The notes under the pieces were generated by a model. The model was not told the origin of the DNA. It did no database searches and was given only the letters and a program-made list of their open reading frames with translations. A program made the translations under genes and the position numbers. From the NCBI GenBank assembly GCA_030390025.1, contig CM059432.1, positions 52,330,001-52,394,000 on the forward strand: a DNA stretch of 64,000 nt. Reading direction: 5' to 3'. The stretch comes from Squalus acanthias. Lineage: Eukaryota. Position 1 is the first letter of the stretch, and the number at the start of each line of letters is the position of its first letter. Below are positions 41,042 to 53,219 of the stretch, piece by piece.

Positions 41042-41894
41042 GGGGGAGAAATTCAGTATCGCCCCGTTTGGGGCGCAATTATCAGCCGGGCGCAAAGTTT
41101 AGCGCTAATTATCGCCTCCAACTGCAAACTTGGCTTCTATCGCCCCTGGAGGTGATTGGAGCGCTAAATCAGGCGCTACACACCTCTCTTAAGGCGCTAA
41201 CGCCGAGGAGCGAGGCGCTACCTCAGAGCGCTGGCGAAGCTCATGTGATGTCAGTCAGCAATGGAACACAGACACACTGGCGCTGGCCAGTTCTTAAAGG
41301 GGAGGGTCGATCTGCTCATTGCAGCCTTGAATCTCGGCCTGGAGAGACCTGTACATCAAATCTGCTGGAAAGAACAATGAAGAGCTCAGAGTGCAGCCCC
41401 CATAATCTCTTCTAAATCGATGCAAGGAAGGTCAAACCAAAATGAACCTGCAAAGTGCTGCAGAGTACCCAAAACTCCTTCACACAGTGTTGAATCTCTC
41501 CCGAAGTCTCTCTCTCTCTCTCTCAGAATGCGTGGTGCAAAAATGTCACCAACAAAAAAAGGCAGGAAGCGGTCGCCTTTAAATAGCACTCCCCCGTCCC
41601 TTCCCAACTGCAAAACGTTCCCCTCAACCTGTCATTGTTAGCGGCAGGCAGAAAGGCAGGGGGCGCCACTCAATATCCGGTCCGGGGCGCTACCGGGGCG
41701 TTGCACGCTCGACTGACGTCACAATCTGCGGGCGCAGGAGATCATGGCGGTAGTGTTTAGCGCCGCCGTAAAATGTCTGGTCAATTTCGCGAGCGGCGCA
41801 AACATCGCCGCACCCGGGCACTAGTTGCTTTGCGTCCCATTAGCACCCTCTGAGGGCACTAACGGGAGGCGCAAAGCAACCGAATTTTTCCCCC
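41042..41894 (+). mobile_element. Non-autonomous Harbinger MITE related to the 54693-58858 element
   Basis: TIRs GGGGGAGAAATTC / GGGGGAAAAATTC; TSD ATA (41039-41041, 41895-41897); both arms align with the ends of the full element; inserted in CR1. Confidence 0.92.
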
Positions 41895-42570
41895 ATAGAG
41901 TACAAAAGCAAGGACGTTATGCTAAAACTTTATAAATCACTGGTTAGGCCCTAGCTGGAGTATTGTGTCCAATTCTGGGCACCACACTATAGGAAGGATG
42001 TCAGGGCCTTGGAGAGGGTGCAAAGGAGATTTACTAGAATGATACCAGGGATGCGGGTCATCAATTACGTGGAGAGACTAGAGAAGCTGGGGATGTTCCC
42101 AGAGGTAATTGGCAAAAGAACCAGAGGTGACATGAGGAAAAAAAAATACACAATGAGTTGTTATGATCTGGAATGCACTGCTTGAAAGGGTGGTGGAAGC
42201 AGATTCAATAATAACTTTCACAAGGGAATTGGATAAATCCTTGAATTGGAAAAATTTGCAGGGCTATGGCGAAACAGCAGGGGAGTGGGACAATTGGATA
42301 GCTCTTTCAAAGGGTTGGCATAGGCAAGATGGGCCGAATGGCCTCCTTCTGTGCTGTATCATTCTATGATTCTATGAATGCGCGCCTGAACCGAGAGGTC
42401 CGAGACCTGACCAAAATTAGTCCTTGGACCTCATTCCAATCATTTAGGCGACCTGTTGGTTCTTGTCGCGCCTCCACAGGCAGCTATCCCATTTCAGGAG
42501 ATGAAATTTGGGCCACTTGCCTCGCCTACAGCGGCTGTCAGTTGAGAGTCGTGTCTATTTGAAACACCAA

Positions 42571-43311
42571 GGGCTGGATTTTGATACTGGGGCGGGTTGG
42601 GGTCGTGTCATCCGCATTTCGTGTTATCCACCCGACTGCAATTGGATGTGGGAGATTGATGCAATTTTCACCTAATTGGGCAATTGAGTTCCAGCATGTG
42701 GGAACCCATGAACCAATTAGTGGTTTCAGTCTGAAAGTCGCCTCTGATGATGTCATCATTGCTGCTGCATTGAAGGTCAGAGACTGCCTGGCCTTTGCTG
42801 TGAGAGGACCTGGATGCAAAATGAGCAGCAGCCCTAAGGAGAGAGAGAGAGATTTTTTTTTTTGCATCCAGGCCCTCTCACAGCAAAGGCCAGCAGGTTG
42901 AACACCTTCAATGCAGCAGCATCAGAGGCGACTTTCAGACCTAATACTACTACTACCTTCATCACATCTCCGTTGTAATAGTGGACCTGCAGTTGATAGT
43001 CAGCTATCCAAATGTGCTCCCGCCAGGTTTCACAATCGTGGTTCAGAACAGGCGTGCTTCACGTAGATCAAGGGTTAAAATCACAAAGGCCTTTCAAAAT
43101 GGCATTACAGAGCCAATTTAGTGCTTGTTAAGGGCCTTAACAGCCTATCCCGCCTCTTAAAGGCGGGACGGAGTCGGGACCAGCAGACACGATTTAATGA
43201 AAATTGCGTGGAGGCGGGATGGAGGCGGACTTGTGCCCGCCCACCAGTTTTCGCAATTTTAACCCCACACGCCTCCAAACCCGCCTCCACGGGTCAATGA
43301 AAATCCAGCCC
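42571..43311. mobile_element. MITE (Harbinger-like) with internal long hairpin
   Basis: Perfect 12-bp TIR GGGCTGGATTTT / AAAATCCAGCCC; 3-bp TSD CAA. Confidence 0.8.
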
Positions 43312-43314
43312 CAA

Positions 43315-43379
43315 ATTTCTGATTGGTCCCCTTGGAGGACAAGACCAGATTTCTGATTGGTCCCCTTGGAGGACAAGAC
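43315..43379. repeat. 34-bp tandem duplication
   Basis: ATTTCTGATTGGTCCCCTTGGAGGACAAGAC twice. Confidence 0.9.
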
Positions 43380-43529
43380 ACATCCAGCAGTTTGTCTGGA
43401 ATGTGTAATTAGATCCTGCCTGCCTGAGTAATCAAGATCTTCGCAATGTGTAATTTGATCCATTCATTGTGACAGCCAGCTCCAGAGCTCACAGTGCTCA
43501 CACTACTGCTTTCATCCTCGCAGGTTAGG

Positions 43530-44000
43530 ACCTTCTCCCCTGCAACAAGTTCCTTACCTTCCCCCCCAAATTCCTGACCTTTCCCCCCAACCCCCGAGTT
43601 CCTGACCTCCTCCCCCCCCCCCCCCCCCCACCGCCGGGTTCCTGACCTTCTCCCCTATGGGTTCTTGACCTTCTCCCCCTGCCCAAGTTCCTGACCTTCT
43701 CCCCCTGCCCAAGATCCTGACCTTCTCCCCCTGCCCAAGATCCTGACCTTCTCCCCCTGCCCAAGTTCCTGACCTTCACCCCCCGGGTTCCTGACCTTCT
43801 CCCCCCCCAGCCAAGTTTCTGACCTCCCCCGGGGTCCTGACCTTCTCCCCCTGCCCAAGTTCCTGACCTTCCTCTTACCCCCACCCCCCGAGTCCCTGAC
43901 CTCCCCACCCCACCCACCCCCCTGAGTTCCTGACCACCCCCCATCCCTCACCCCGGGTTCCTGACTTTCTGCCTCCCCCCAAGTTCCTGACCTCCCCCCG
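43530..44000. repeat. ~26-bp C-rich minisatellite (CCTGACCTTCTCCCCCTGCCCAAGTT)
   Basis: Repeated TTCCTGACC core with variable C-runs. Confidence 0.9.
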
Positions 44001-44399
44001 CCCCATAGATGGGGCATTGTGTGTGGGTCATGGATTGTTAACAGGTTTATTGGGTATGAAGTGAACAGTGACAGTGTCATGACTTCCAGATTTTGTCCAG
44101 TCCAATAATGTCACTTGCCACACACGCACCGAGCTTTCCGAGAAATCAACCAGGTCTAGGGGGAGGAGAGGGAGAATGTGGTGTGGGTGTAAAGTGGATG
44201 GGGGTGGGGTAGGAAGAATGTGATCCGTCTTCCCATCTGGATTATGTTCTCGTTCTCACCCCACCCCCCGCCCCCCCCCCCCCGCTTTAGACCTGGATCA
44301 CGTTCTTCCCACATCCCCACTGTGCTCTCCATGCTCTTTACCACCCCCCCCTCGAGTTCCTGACTTCCTCTCCCCCTTCCGAGCTCTTCTCCTCTCCCC

Positions 44400-46190
44400 G
44401 CCAATCCTCTCTCTCCCCCTTCGATCCTCTCTCCCCTTCGATTCCCCCTCCCCCTTAGATCTCCTCTCTCCACGCCCCTGATCTCCTCTCTCTACTACCT
44501 TCAATCTCCTCTCTCCCCCCTGCGATCTCCTCTCTCTCTTTCCCCTTCAATCTCCACTCTCTCCCCCCTCCAATCTCCTCTCTCTATCTCCGATCTCCTT
44601 TCTCTCACCCCTCCGATCTCCTCTCTCCCACCCCCCTCCGATCTCCTCTCTCCCACCCCCCTCCGATCTCCCCTCTCTCTTCGATCTCCTCTCTCTCTTC
44701 CCCCTTCGATCTCCTCTCTCTCTCTCCGATCTCCTCTCTCTCTTCGATCCCCTTTCTCTCCCCTCCCGATCTCTTCTCTCTCTCTCCAAGCTCTCTCTCC
44801 CCACCTCCGATCTCTCTCTCTTTCCCCTTCGATCTCCTCTCTCCCCCCACTCCGATCTCCTCTCTCTCTCTGATCTCCTTTCTCCCCCCTCCGATCTTCT
44901 CTCTCTCTCCTCCTCCGATCTCCCTCTCTGTTCTCCTCTCTCTCTCCCCGATCCTCTCTCTCCCCCCTCTGATCTCCTCTCTCTCTTCCGCCTTCAATCT
45001 CCTCTCTCTCCCCCTCCGATCTCCTCTCTCTCTCTCTCCGATCTCTCTCTTGCGCCTTCAATCTCCTCTCTCCCCCCCTCTGATCTCCTCTCTCTCTCTT
45101 CATTCTCCTCTCTCTCTCTCCGATCTTCTCTCTCTCTCCGATATCCTCTCTCTCCCTCCCTTCGATCTCCTCTCTCTCTTCTCCCTTCGATCTCCTCTAT
45201 CTCTCTCCGATTTCCTCTCTCTCTGTTCTCCTCTCTCTCTCTCCGATCCTCTCTCTCTTCCCAGTCCAGTCCCCTCGCTCTCCCTCTTCGATCTCCTCTC
45301 TCTCCCCCCTTCGATCTCCTCTATCTCTCTCTCCGATCCTCCCTCTCTCCCCAGTCCAATCCCCTCGCTCTCTCTCTCCGATCTCCTCTCTCTCCCTCCC
45401 TCCGATCTCCTCTCTCCCCCTTCGATCTCCTCTTTCTCTCTCTCTGATCCTCTCTCTCTCCAGTCCAATCCCCTCGCTCTCCCACTCCGATTTCCTCTCT
45501 CTCCCTCCCTCCGATCTCCTCTCTCCCCCTTCGATCTCCTCTATCTCTCTCTCCGATCTCCTCTCTCTCCCCAGTGCAATCCCCTCGCTCTCTCTCTCCA
45601 ATCTCCTCTCTCTCCCTCAACTTCAATCTCCTCTCTCTCCCCCCTTCGATCTCCTCTCTCTCCCCCTTCAACCTCCTCTATCTCTCTCCGATCTCCTCTC
45701 TCCCCAGTCCAATCTCCTCTATCTCTCTCTCCGATCTCCTCCTGCCCTTCGATCTCCTCTCTCTCCCCCTTCGATCTCCTCTATCTCTCTCCGATCTCCT
45801 CTCTTCCCCCCCTTCGATCTCTATCTCTCTCTCCGATCTCCTCTCTTTCCCCAGTCCAATCCCCTCTCTCTCCCCCCTCTGATCTCCTCTATCTCTCTCC
45901 AATCTCCTCTCTCCTTCCCCCTTCGATCTCCTCTATCTCTCTCTCCGATCCCCTCTCTCTCCCCAGTCCAATCCCCTCTCTCTCCCTCCCTCCGATCTCC
46001 TCTCTCTCCCCCCTTCGATCTCCTCTATCTCTCTCTCGATCCCCTCTCTCTCCCCAGTCCAATCCCCTCACTCTCTCTCTCGCTCCAATCTCCTCCCCCC
46101 TTCGATCTCCTCTATCTCTCTCTCCAATCCCCTCTCTCATCCGCCCCCCCTCCGATCTCCTCTCTCCCCTGTCGATCCTCTCTCTTCCCC
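44400..46190. repeat. 1.8-kb polypyrimidine minisatellite (CGATCTCCTCTCTCTC..., with CCCAGTCCAATCCC variants)
   Basis: Directly visible; almost purely C/T on the + strand. Confidence 0.95.
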
Positions 46191-47979
46191 CCCACCACCA
46201 ATGGATCCCCTGATCTTCTCCGCATGGAGCTGAGGAAAGCCTGGCCCACGGAGCAGGCCACAACGGTTGGGTACTGTGCATGTGCGGCTCCGGAATACTG
46301 TGCGCATGTGCAGAAGGCCGCAAAGGTGTTCGTGCAAATAATCACAGTGGTCAGTTAAATGCTGGGTGGGGGGTGGGCCGAGGACAGTGGGAAGGGGAGT
46401 CGATTGTGGCCTTTAGGGGTACTGTCAAACTGGGAGAAGCATTCTTGCTCCTCCTGACTCCACCTGAATTAAAATATATATATACCTTTCCGGTGGTGAC
46501 CGCTGCGTAGGCCAGGAAAACCTGAGCGGAGAAGGCTTGACATTTGCTCCATTCAGGGCAACCCAATTTCTCAGAGAGGTCTAAAACAGGCCGTAGGCCC
46601 CTTATTAGCATATGCAAGAGGCCTAATGCCTGTTTTAAGTGGCTGATAATCAGGCTTTTCATGCTTCCTTGGGGTGCATAGCCCTGTGAAATTGTTAATT
46701 TTGGGGCCTCTTCTCCGGATGATGACCCATTTCTAGCCCTCAGTGTTACCCATGTTAAGGCCCATGGCAATACTCCATATAAATATTACCGTGGATTCGT
46801 GGCCTGTTTATTTAAATATGCGGTACCTTTAAATTTGCAGCGGCCGCGCATGGACAGTATCTTCAACGGGACAGCTTATGGACAGCCTTCGTGGTACCCT
46901 CACAGATTGCTGCGTGGCCGCGCACCCACGCAGCTTGCAGGGAACATTGATCCAAGGTATAATTGAACTGAGTGCTTGACGCTGGCATAGGTTAATCAAA
47001 GTGCAAAAATGTCCCATTAACAATGTCCCATCACGTTGATGAACACAAAAATACACCAAAAAGTAATTAAACAGAAATCAGAATTGATGAGAACTGTTTT
47101 TTAAATGACAAGTAATTATCATATCTCTACAAAGGGAACATATTTTGAAGAATTCAATGATGGTATTTTGCCCTTTTGATATTTAAAAAATGAACAGGAA
47201 CTAGGAATAATTTGCAGAACTTACAGCTTGCCACATTTTTAAAAGCTTCACACAAACCACTTCATTAGAAGATAATACAACTTCAATGAAAACAAAACTA
47301 TTCTGATGCAAATAGACTTCCAGGTTTAAAAAATGTCAGGCAGATCAAAATAATAACATCAAAGGACTCAGCTTTTTAAAGGTGCAAATCAGATCCAAGT
47401 TCAGGATTGATGCCACCAACCAACATCGAAAATGTGGCAATGTTCAATGATACTTTGCAATTCCTGACTGGAATGTTGTAAAAAAAACATTTATCACAAT
47501 GCGGCACTTACTGCTTTTCCCTCCATTCTTTTTCCAACATGAAATGAGTAATTCTATCTGTACATTATTGCACCTGCTACCTCAGTGAAGAATCCCATGT
47601 GTACCTTGTTAAATAGACTGTATAGAAGTTGTATTGATAACAGTGTAAATATGAAATTTATTTATTGCCATGAGCTTGCAAAGAAACTTCACAACTCATT
47701 GAAATGATTCAGTTTAACTTCTTCAGTGGCAATACCAGCACAGCTCACATCTGATGACATAAACTCAATGAGATTTTCCCCTTCCTATACCCATGGGTTT
47801 ATAATGAGCTCTGCTATGAGTCAGATTCTACTATTAAATATTGTGAACGCATGTTTTAATTATTGGTTCAAATCCACAAAAGATTCATACCAGGGCACTG
47901 AAAATCTGTGCGGTGGAAACTTCTACCCGTTTCTTACAAGGTAAATGTCAGAGGGCAGAGCTGGGGGCCAAGATTCATA

Positions 47980-48872
47980 GGGGGAAAAATTCAGTTGGTT
48001 GCGCCTCCCTTTAGCGCCTTAAGAGGGCGCTAATGGGGCGCAAAGCATCTAGCACCCAGGCGCGGCGATGTTTGCGCCACTCGTGAAATTAACTAGACAT
48101 TTTGCGGCTGCGCTAAACACTACCGCCACGATCTCCTGCGCCGGCAGATCGTGACGTCAGTCGAGTGCGCAACGCCCCGGTAGCGCCCCGGAGCAGATAT
48201 TGAGTGGCGCCCCCTGCCTTACCGCCTGCCGCTAGCAACGACAGGTTGAGGGGAGCGTTTTGCAGTCAGGAAGGGACTGGGGGAGTGCTATTTAAAGGCG
48301 ACCGCTTCCTGCCTTTTTTTGTTGGTGACATTTTTGAACCACGCATTCTGAGAGAGAGAAAGAGAGACTTCTGGAGAGATTCAACGCTGTGTGAAAGAGT
48401 TTTGGGTACTGAGCAGCACTTTGCAGGTTCATTTTGATTTGCCCTTCCTTGTATCGATTTAGAAGAGACTGTGGGGGTTGCACTCTGAGCTCTTTCCCTG
48501 GGCCTCTCCATTGTTCTTTCCAGCAGATTTGATGTACAGGTCTCTCCAGGCCGAGATTCAAGGCTGCAATAAGCAGGATGTGGATGGAAAGCAAGATCAA
48601 CCCTCCCCTTTAAGAACTGGCCGGCGCCATTGTGTCGGTGTTCCATTGCTGACTGTCATCACATGAGCTACGCCAGCGCTCTGAGTTAGTGCCTCGCTCC
48701 TCGGCCTTTGCGTCTTAAGACAGATGTGTAGCGCCTGATTTAGTGCTCCAATCACCTCCAGAGGCGATAAAAGTCAAGTTTGCAGTCGGAGGCGATAATT
48801 AGCGCCAGGCGCTAATCTTTGCGCCCGGCCGATAATTGCGCCCCAAACGGGGCGATACTGAATTTTTCCGCC
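47980..48872 (-). mobile_element. Non-autonomous Harbinger MITE, second copy
   Basis: Reverse-complement homologue of 41042-41894; TSD ATA (47977-47979, 48873-48875). Confidence 0.92.
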
Positions 48873-49545
48873 ATAGAATCATAGAATGATACAGCACAGA
48901 AGGTGGCTGTGTAGCCTATTGTGCCTGTGCCGGCTCCTTGAAAGAGCTATCAAATTAGTCACACTCCCCTGCTCTTTCTCCATAATCTTGCAAATTTTTC
49001 CACTTCAAGTATTTATCCAATTCCCTTTAAAAAGTTATTTTTGAATCTGCTTCCACCATCCTTTCAGGCAGTGCATTCCACACCATAACAACTTGCTGCG
49101 TAAAATTTTGTTTCCTCATGTTGTCTCTGGTTCTTTTGCCAATTACCTTAAATCTGTTTCACGTTGAAGACCTTTTGTCAAAAAGGTCATCGACCTGAAA
49201 CGTTAACTCTGTTTCTCTCTCCACAGATGCTGCCTGACCTGCTGAGTATTTTCAGCATTTTCTGTTTTTATTTCAGATTTCCAACATCCGCAGTATATTG
49301 GGCCAAAAATTCGGCCCTTCGCGGGTGAGTACACAATGCGTACTCACCCGTAAGGCGTCCCGAAGTGTCGGTTTCCTGCATGCACTGCGCATGCACGGGA
49401 AACCGGAACTTCCGGTCTGGTGAAGGGGGCGGTTCAGAGGTGAACCGCATGCGTGGGAGAGGCTGCGCGCACGCAGCAAACTTAGGTTTTTTTTCAGGTT
49501 TCTCCGGGAGGTTAAGTATTGAAGAACCTGCGCTTTTAAAAAGGA

Positions 49546-50505
49546 CGACGAACACCTCGCTAAGGCCATCCCCACGCCTCCACTACTTGCCTTCAAACAG
49601 CCGCCTAACCTCAGAAGTACCATCGTTCGCAGCAAATTACCCAGCTTTCAGGATAACAGCGACCACGACACCACACAACACTGCCACGGCAACCTCTGCA
49701 AGACATGCCAGATCATCAACACAGATACCATCATCACACGTGAGGACACTACCCACCAGGTACATGGTACATACTCATGTGACTCGGCCAACGTTGTCTA
49801 CCTCATACGTTGCAGGAAAGAATGCACCGCGGCATGGTACATCGGCGAGACCATGCAGACACTGAGACAACGTATGAACGGACACCGCGCAACAATCACC
49901 AGGCAGGAGTGTTCCCTCCCAGTCGGGAAACACTTCAGCAGTCAAGGACATTCAGCCTCGGATCTGCGGGTAAGCGTTCTCCAAGGCGGCCTTAGAAACA
50001 CACGACAACGCAAAATCATCGAGCAGAAACTGATAGCCAAGTTCCGCACTCATGAGGACGGCCTCAACCGGGATCTTGGGTTTATGTCACGATACATGAC
50101 GTGATCCAGACTCGAGTCGTCGTTGGCTTGTTCACAGATGTGATTCCCAGTAAAAAAGTAAAAATTTTAAAGTTTATCGTTTCCCATACCGACTGCGGCT
50201 TTTGACACATTGGACCCCCTGTGACTCCACCTCATTGTTTCAGTTGTATCTTGCTATGTCTTTGATGTGGTACCTTCCTGGCTGACCTGATTGCCTTTTG
50301 TCACACCTCGGCAGATAAACAGTCAGGATGATTTAAATGTAGTCGTCTGCCATTGTAAGTTACACATGCATTGTTCTCTATCTATATATGCTTTGTCGAT
50401 TCTGTATTTCTTTACTTCACCTGAGGAAGGGGCCACGTAAGCTCCGAAAGCTTGTGATTTCAAATAAAACTGTTGGACTATAACCTGGTGTTGTGCGACT
50501 TCTCA
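49546..50505 (+). mobile_element. Penelope family A 3' fragment (GIY-YIG end, 3' UTR, pLTR)
   Basis: Homologous to the 51701-52270 ORF end; 12-bp TSD TTTTAAAAAGGA (49534-49545, 50506-50517). Confidence 0.92.
50417..50457 (+). ncRNA. Minimal type I hammerhead motif, family A
   Basis: TCAC-CTGAGGA-stem II-GAAA-GCTT-GTGA. Confidence 0.8.
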
Positions 50506-51435
50506 TTTTAAAAAGGAGGCGCAGGAGCCGTTTTCAACAAGGTAAGTGGTTAATTAAGTATAATTTAAAAAAATTTTCAACAGGTTTATCTTTTTTAGAT
50601 ACTTTAAAGAAAGGTAAGTTTATTTTTAGCACTGTTAAAAAGTATTTTAATTTTTTCAAAAATTTAAATTTTTGTTTAAAGTGGTTAATTTATTTAACTA
50701 TAGTTATTTTATAAATGTGATGGTTTTTAAAAAAAATTATTTTAAGTTTAGCTGTTCTTTTGGGGCTGATTTCAATTCACAGATTTGACAGGTCTTCCTG
50801 TCAAATCTATGAATGAAAGATGGTCTGCTGCCATTGGCTCTCCATGGCCCACGTGATCCCAGGGGACGCATCGCGCTAACTGCGCCCCTGGGACACGCAA
50901 GCACTGCGCGCCGGCACTTGGAGCAGGCCCAGGAGCTGAAGTTCCCGTGGGCCCAAAACACAACGGCAGGTGCGGTAGGTAAGTGCGCACGCGATCCTTA
51001 CCCCCACGGCAAGCCGGAGAGGCGAATTTCAGGGCCATTGCTTTTGTACCTTAAATCTGTGTCTTCTAGTTACCGACCCTTCTGCCACTGGAAACAGTTT
51101 CTACTTATTCTATCAAAACCCTTCATGATTTTGTACACCTTTATCAAATCTCCCCATAGCCTTCTCTGTTCTAAGGAGAACAACCCCAGTTTCTCTAGTC
51201 TCTCCACGTAACTGAAGTCTTTCGTCTCTGGTACCTTTCTAATAGATCTCCTCTGCACCCTCTGACATCCTTCCTAAAGTGTGGTGCCCAGAATTAGACA
51301 CAATACTCCAGTTGGAGCCTAACCAGCGTTTTATAAAGGTTTCGCATAACTTCCTTGCTTGTGTACTCTATGCCTCTATTCATAAATGAGAAGTCGCACA
51401 ACACCAGGTTATAGTCCAACAGATTTATTTAATTT

Positions 51436-51471
51436 TACAAGCTTTCGGAGCTGTCGCTCCTTCCTCAGGTA
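51436..51471 (-). ncRNA. Minimal type I hammerhead motif, 3' pLTR
   Basis: TAC-CTGAGGA-a-GGAGC-gaca-GCTCC-GAAA-GCTT-GTA. Confidence 0.8.
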
Positions 51472-51700
51472 GGGTAGCTGTGAGAGAATCTCCCAGAATT
51501 CACAATATAAACACAGAAAAAATGTATTAAAATCTTTCCCTACATCAAAGACACACTAAGAGCACAGCCAAGACAATGAGATGTGTCCCAGGGGGTCCAA
51601 CGTGTCAAAACACCTGCTGGCTGCATATCCTCTCCATTTGTGTTGGTTCTTGTGTTAGTTTTTTTTAAAAAAACCTGGAAAGACCGGCCATGATGTCAAG

Positions 51701-53180
51701 TCACGTTCTGTATCGTGACATGAACCCGATATCGCGATTGAAGCCATCCTCATGAGTGCAGAACTTGGCTATCAGTTTCTGCTCTATGATTTTGCGCTGT
51801 CGTGTATCCCGAAGGCCGCCTTGGAGAACGCTTACCCGCAGATCCGAGGCTGAATGCCCCTGACTGCTGAAGTGTTCCCCGACTGGGAGGCAACCCTCCT
51901 GCCTGGCGATTGTTGCACGGTGTCCGTTCATACGTTGTCTCAGTGTCTGCATGGTCTCGCCGATGTACCATGCTCTGGGGCATCCTTTACTGCAACGTAT
52001 CAGGTAGACAACGTTGGCCGAGTCACATGAGTATGTACCATGTACCTGGTGGGTAGTGTCCTCACGTGTGATGATGGTATCTGTGTCCATGATCTGGCAT
52101 GTCTTGCAGAGGTTGCCGTGGCAGGGTTGTGTGGTGTCGTGGTTGCTGTTCTCCTGAAAGATGGGTAATCTGCTGCGAACGATGGTACTTTTGAGGTTAG
52201 GCGGCTGCTTGAAGGCGAGTAGTGGAGGCGTGGGGATGGCCTTAGCAAGGTGTTCGTCGTCATCGATGACATGTTGAAGGCTGCGAAGAACATGGCGTAG
52301 TTTTTCCACTCCGGGGAAGTACTGGACGACGTAGGGTACTCTGTTGGTTGTGTCCCGTGTTCGTCTTCTGAGGAGGTCTATGCGGTTTTTCGCTGTGGCC
52401 CGTCGGAACTGTCGATCGACGAGTTGAGCGTCATATCCCGTTCTTACGAGAGCGTCTTTCAGTGTCCGTAGGTGTCCATCGCGTTCCTCCTCGTCTGAGC
52501 AGATCCTGTGTATTCGCAGGGCTTGTCCATAGGGGATGGCTTCTTTAACGTGGTTAGGGTGGAAGCTGGAGAAGTGGAGCATCGTGAGGTTGTCCATGGG
52601 CTTGCGGTAGAGTGAAGTGCTGAGGCGTCCGTCTTTGATGGAGATTCGTGTGTCCAAGAATGAAACCGATTCTGAGGAGTAGTCCATGGTGAGTTTGATG
52701 GTGGGATGGAACCTGTTGATGCTATCGTGTAGTCCTTTCAGTGATCCTTCGCCGTGGGTCCAAAGGAAGAAGATGTCGTCGATGTATCTGGTGTACAGCG
52801 TTGGTTGGAGGTCCTGTGCAGCGAAGAAGTCTTGCTCGAACTTGTGCATGAAGATGTTGGCGTATTGGGGTGCGAATTTGGTCCCCATGGCTGTTCCGTG
52901 TGTTTGGGTAAAAAAATGGTTGTCGAAGGTGAAGACATTGTGGTCAAGGATGAAGCGGATGAGTTGTAGGATGGCGTCCGGAGATTGGCTGTTGTTGGTG
53001 TTGAGTACTGAGGCTGTCGCAGCGATGCCGTCATTGTGGGGGATATTGGTGTAGAGTGCCGATACGTCCATCGTGACGAGGAGTGTTCCTGGTTCAACTG
53101 GTCCATGGGTGCTGAGTTTCTGCAAGAAGTCTGTAGTGTCGCGACAGAAGCTGGGGGTTCCCTGTATGATGGGTTTCAGG
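51701..53180 (-). CDS. Penelope RT + GIY-YIG endonuclease, N-terminally truncated but uninterrupted
   Basis: RT motifs MDVSALYTNI, GTAMGTKFAP, RYIDD; CxxxxCxxC knuckle; VYLIRCSKGCPRAWYIG (GIY-YIG with Cys insert, Neptune-like). The first ~30 aa of the track ORF come from the inverted pLTR. Confidence 0.9.
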
Positions 53181-53183
53181 AAG

Positions 53184-53219
53184 TACCTGACGAAGGAGCG
53201 ACAGCTCCGAAAGCTTGTA
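53184..53219 (+). ncRNA. Minimal type I hammerhead motif, inverted 5' pLTR
   Basis: TAC-CTGACGA-a-GGAGC-gaca-GCTCC-GAAA-GCTT-GTA. Confidence 0.8.

Larger units (their letters stand above)
40120..42376 (+). mobile_element. CR1 LINE RT/3' fragment interrupted by the 28S chimera and a Harbinger MITE
   Basis: KSCLTNLIEFF, DVPQGSVLGP, KFADD; ends in ATTCTATG repeats. Confidence 0.9.
49300..51036. mobile_element. MITE (Harbinger-like), interrupted by Penelope 49546-50505
   Basis: Imperfect TIR GGGCCAAAAATTCG / GGCCCTGAAATTCG (11/14); TSD ATT; CpG-rich arms with AT-rich centre. Confidence 0.65.
49158..51046 (+). mobile_element. Penelope family B short 3'-end insertion, expanded by a nested MITE and Penelope A
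   Basis: GACCTGAAACGTTAACTC..GATGCTGCCTGACCTGCTGAG tail; 14-bp TSD TACCTTAAATCTGT (49144-49157, 51047-51060). Confidence 0.8.

Noticed and set aside
43530..44000. CRISPR-like repeat/spacer appearance
   Set aside because: Spacers are degenerate C-runs of the same unit; eukaryotic minisatellite with no cas genes
45050..46213. 387-aa Ser/Leu/Pro ORF and overlapping Arg/Glu/Gly ORFs
   Set aside because: Translations of the CT minisatellite; open only because the repeat lacks stop codons
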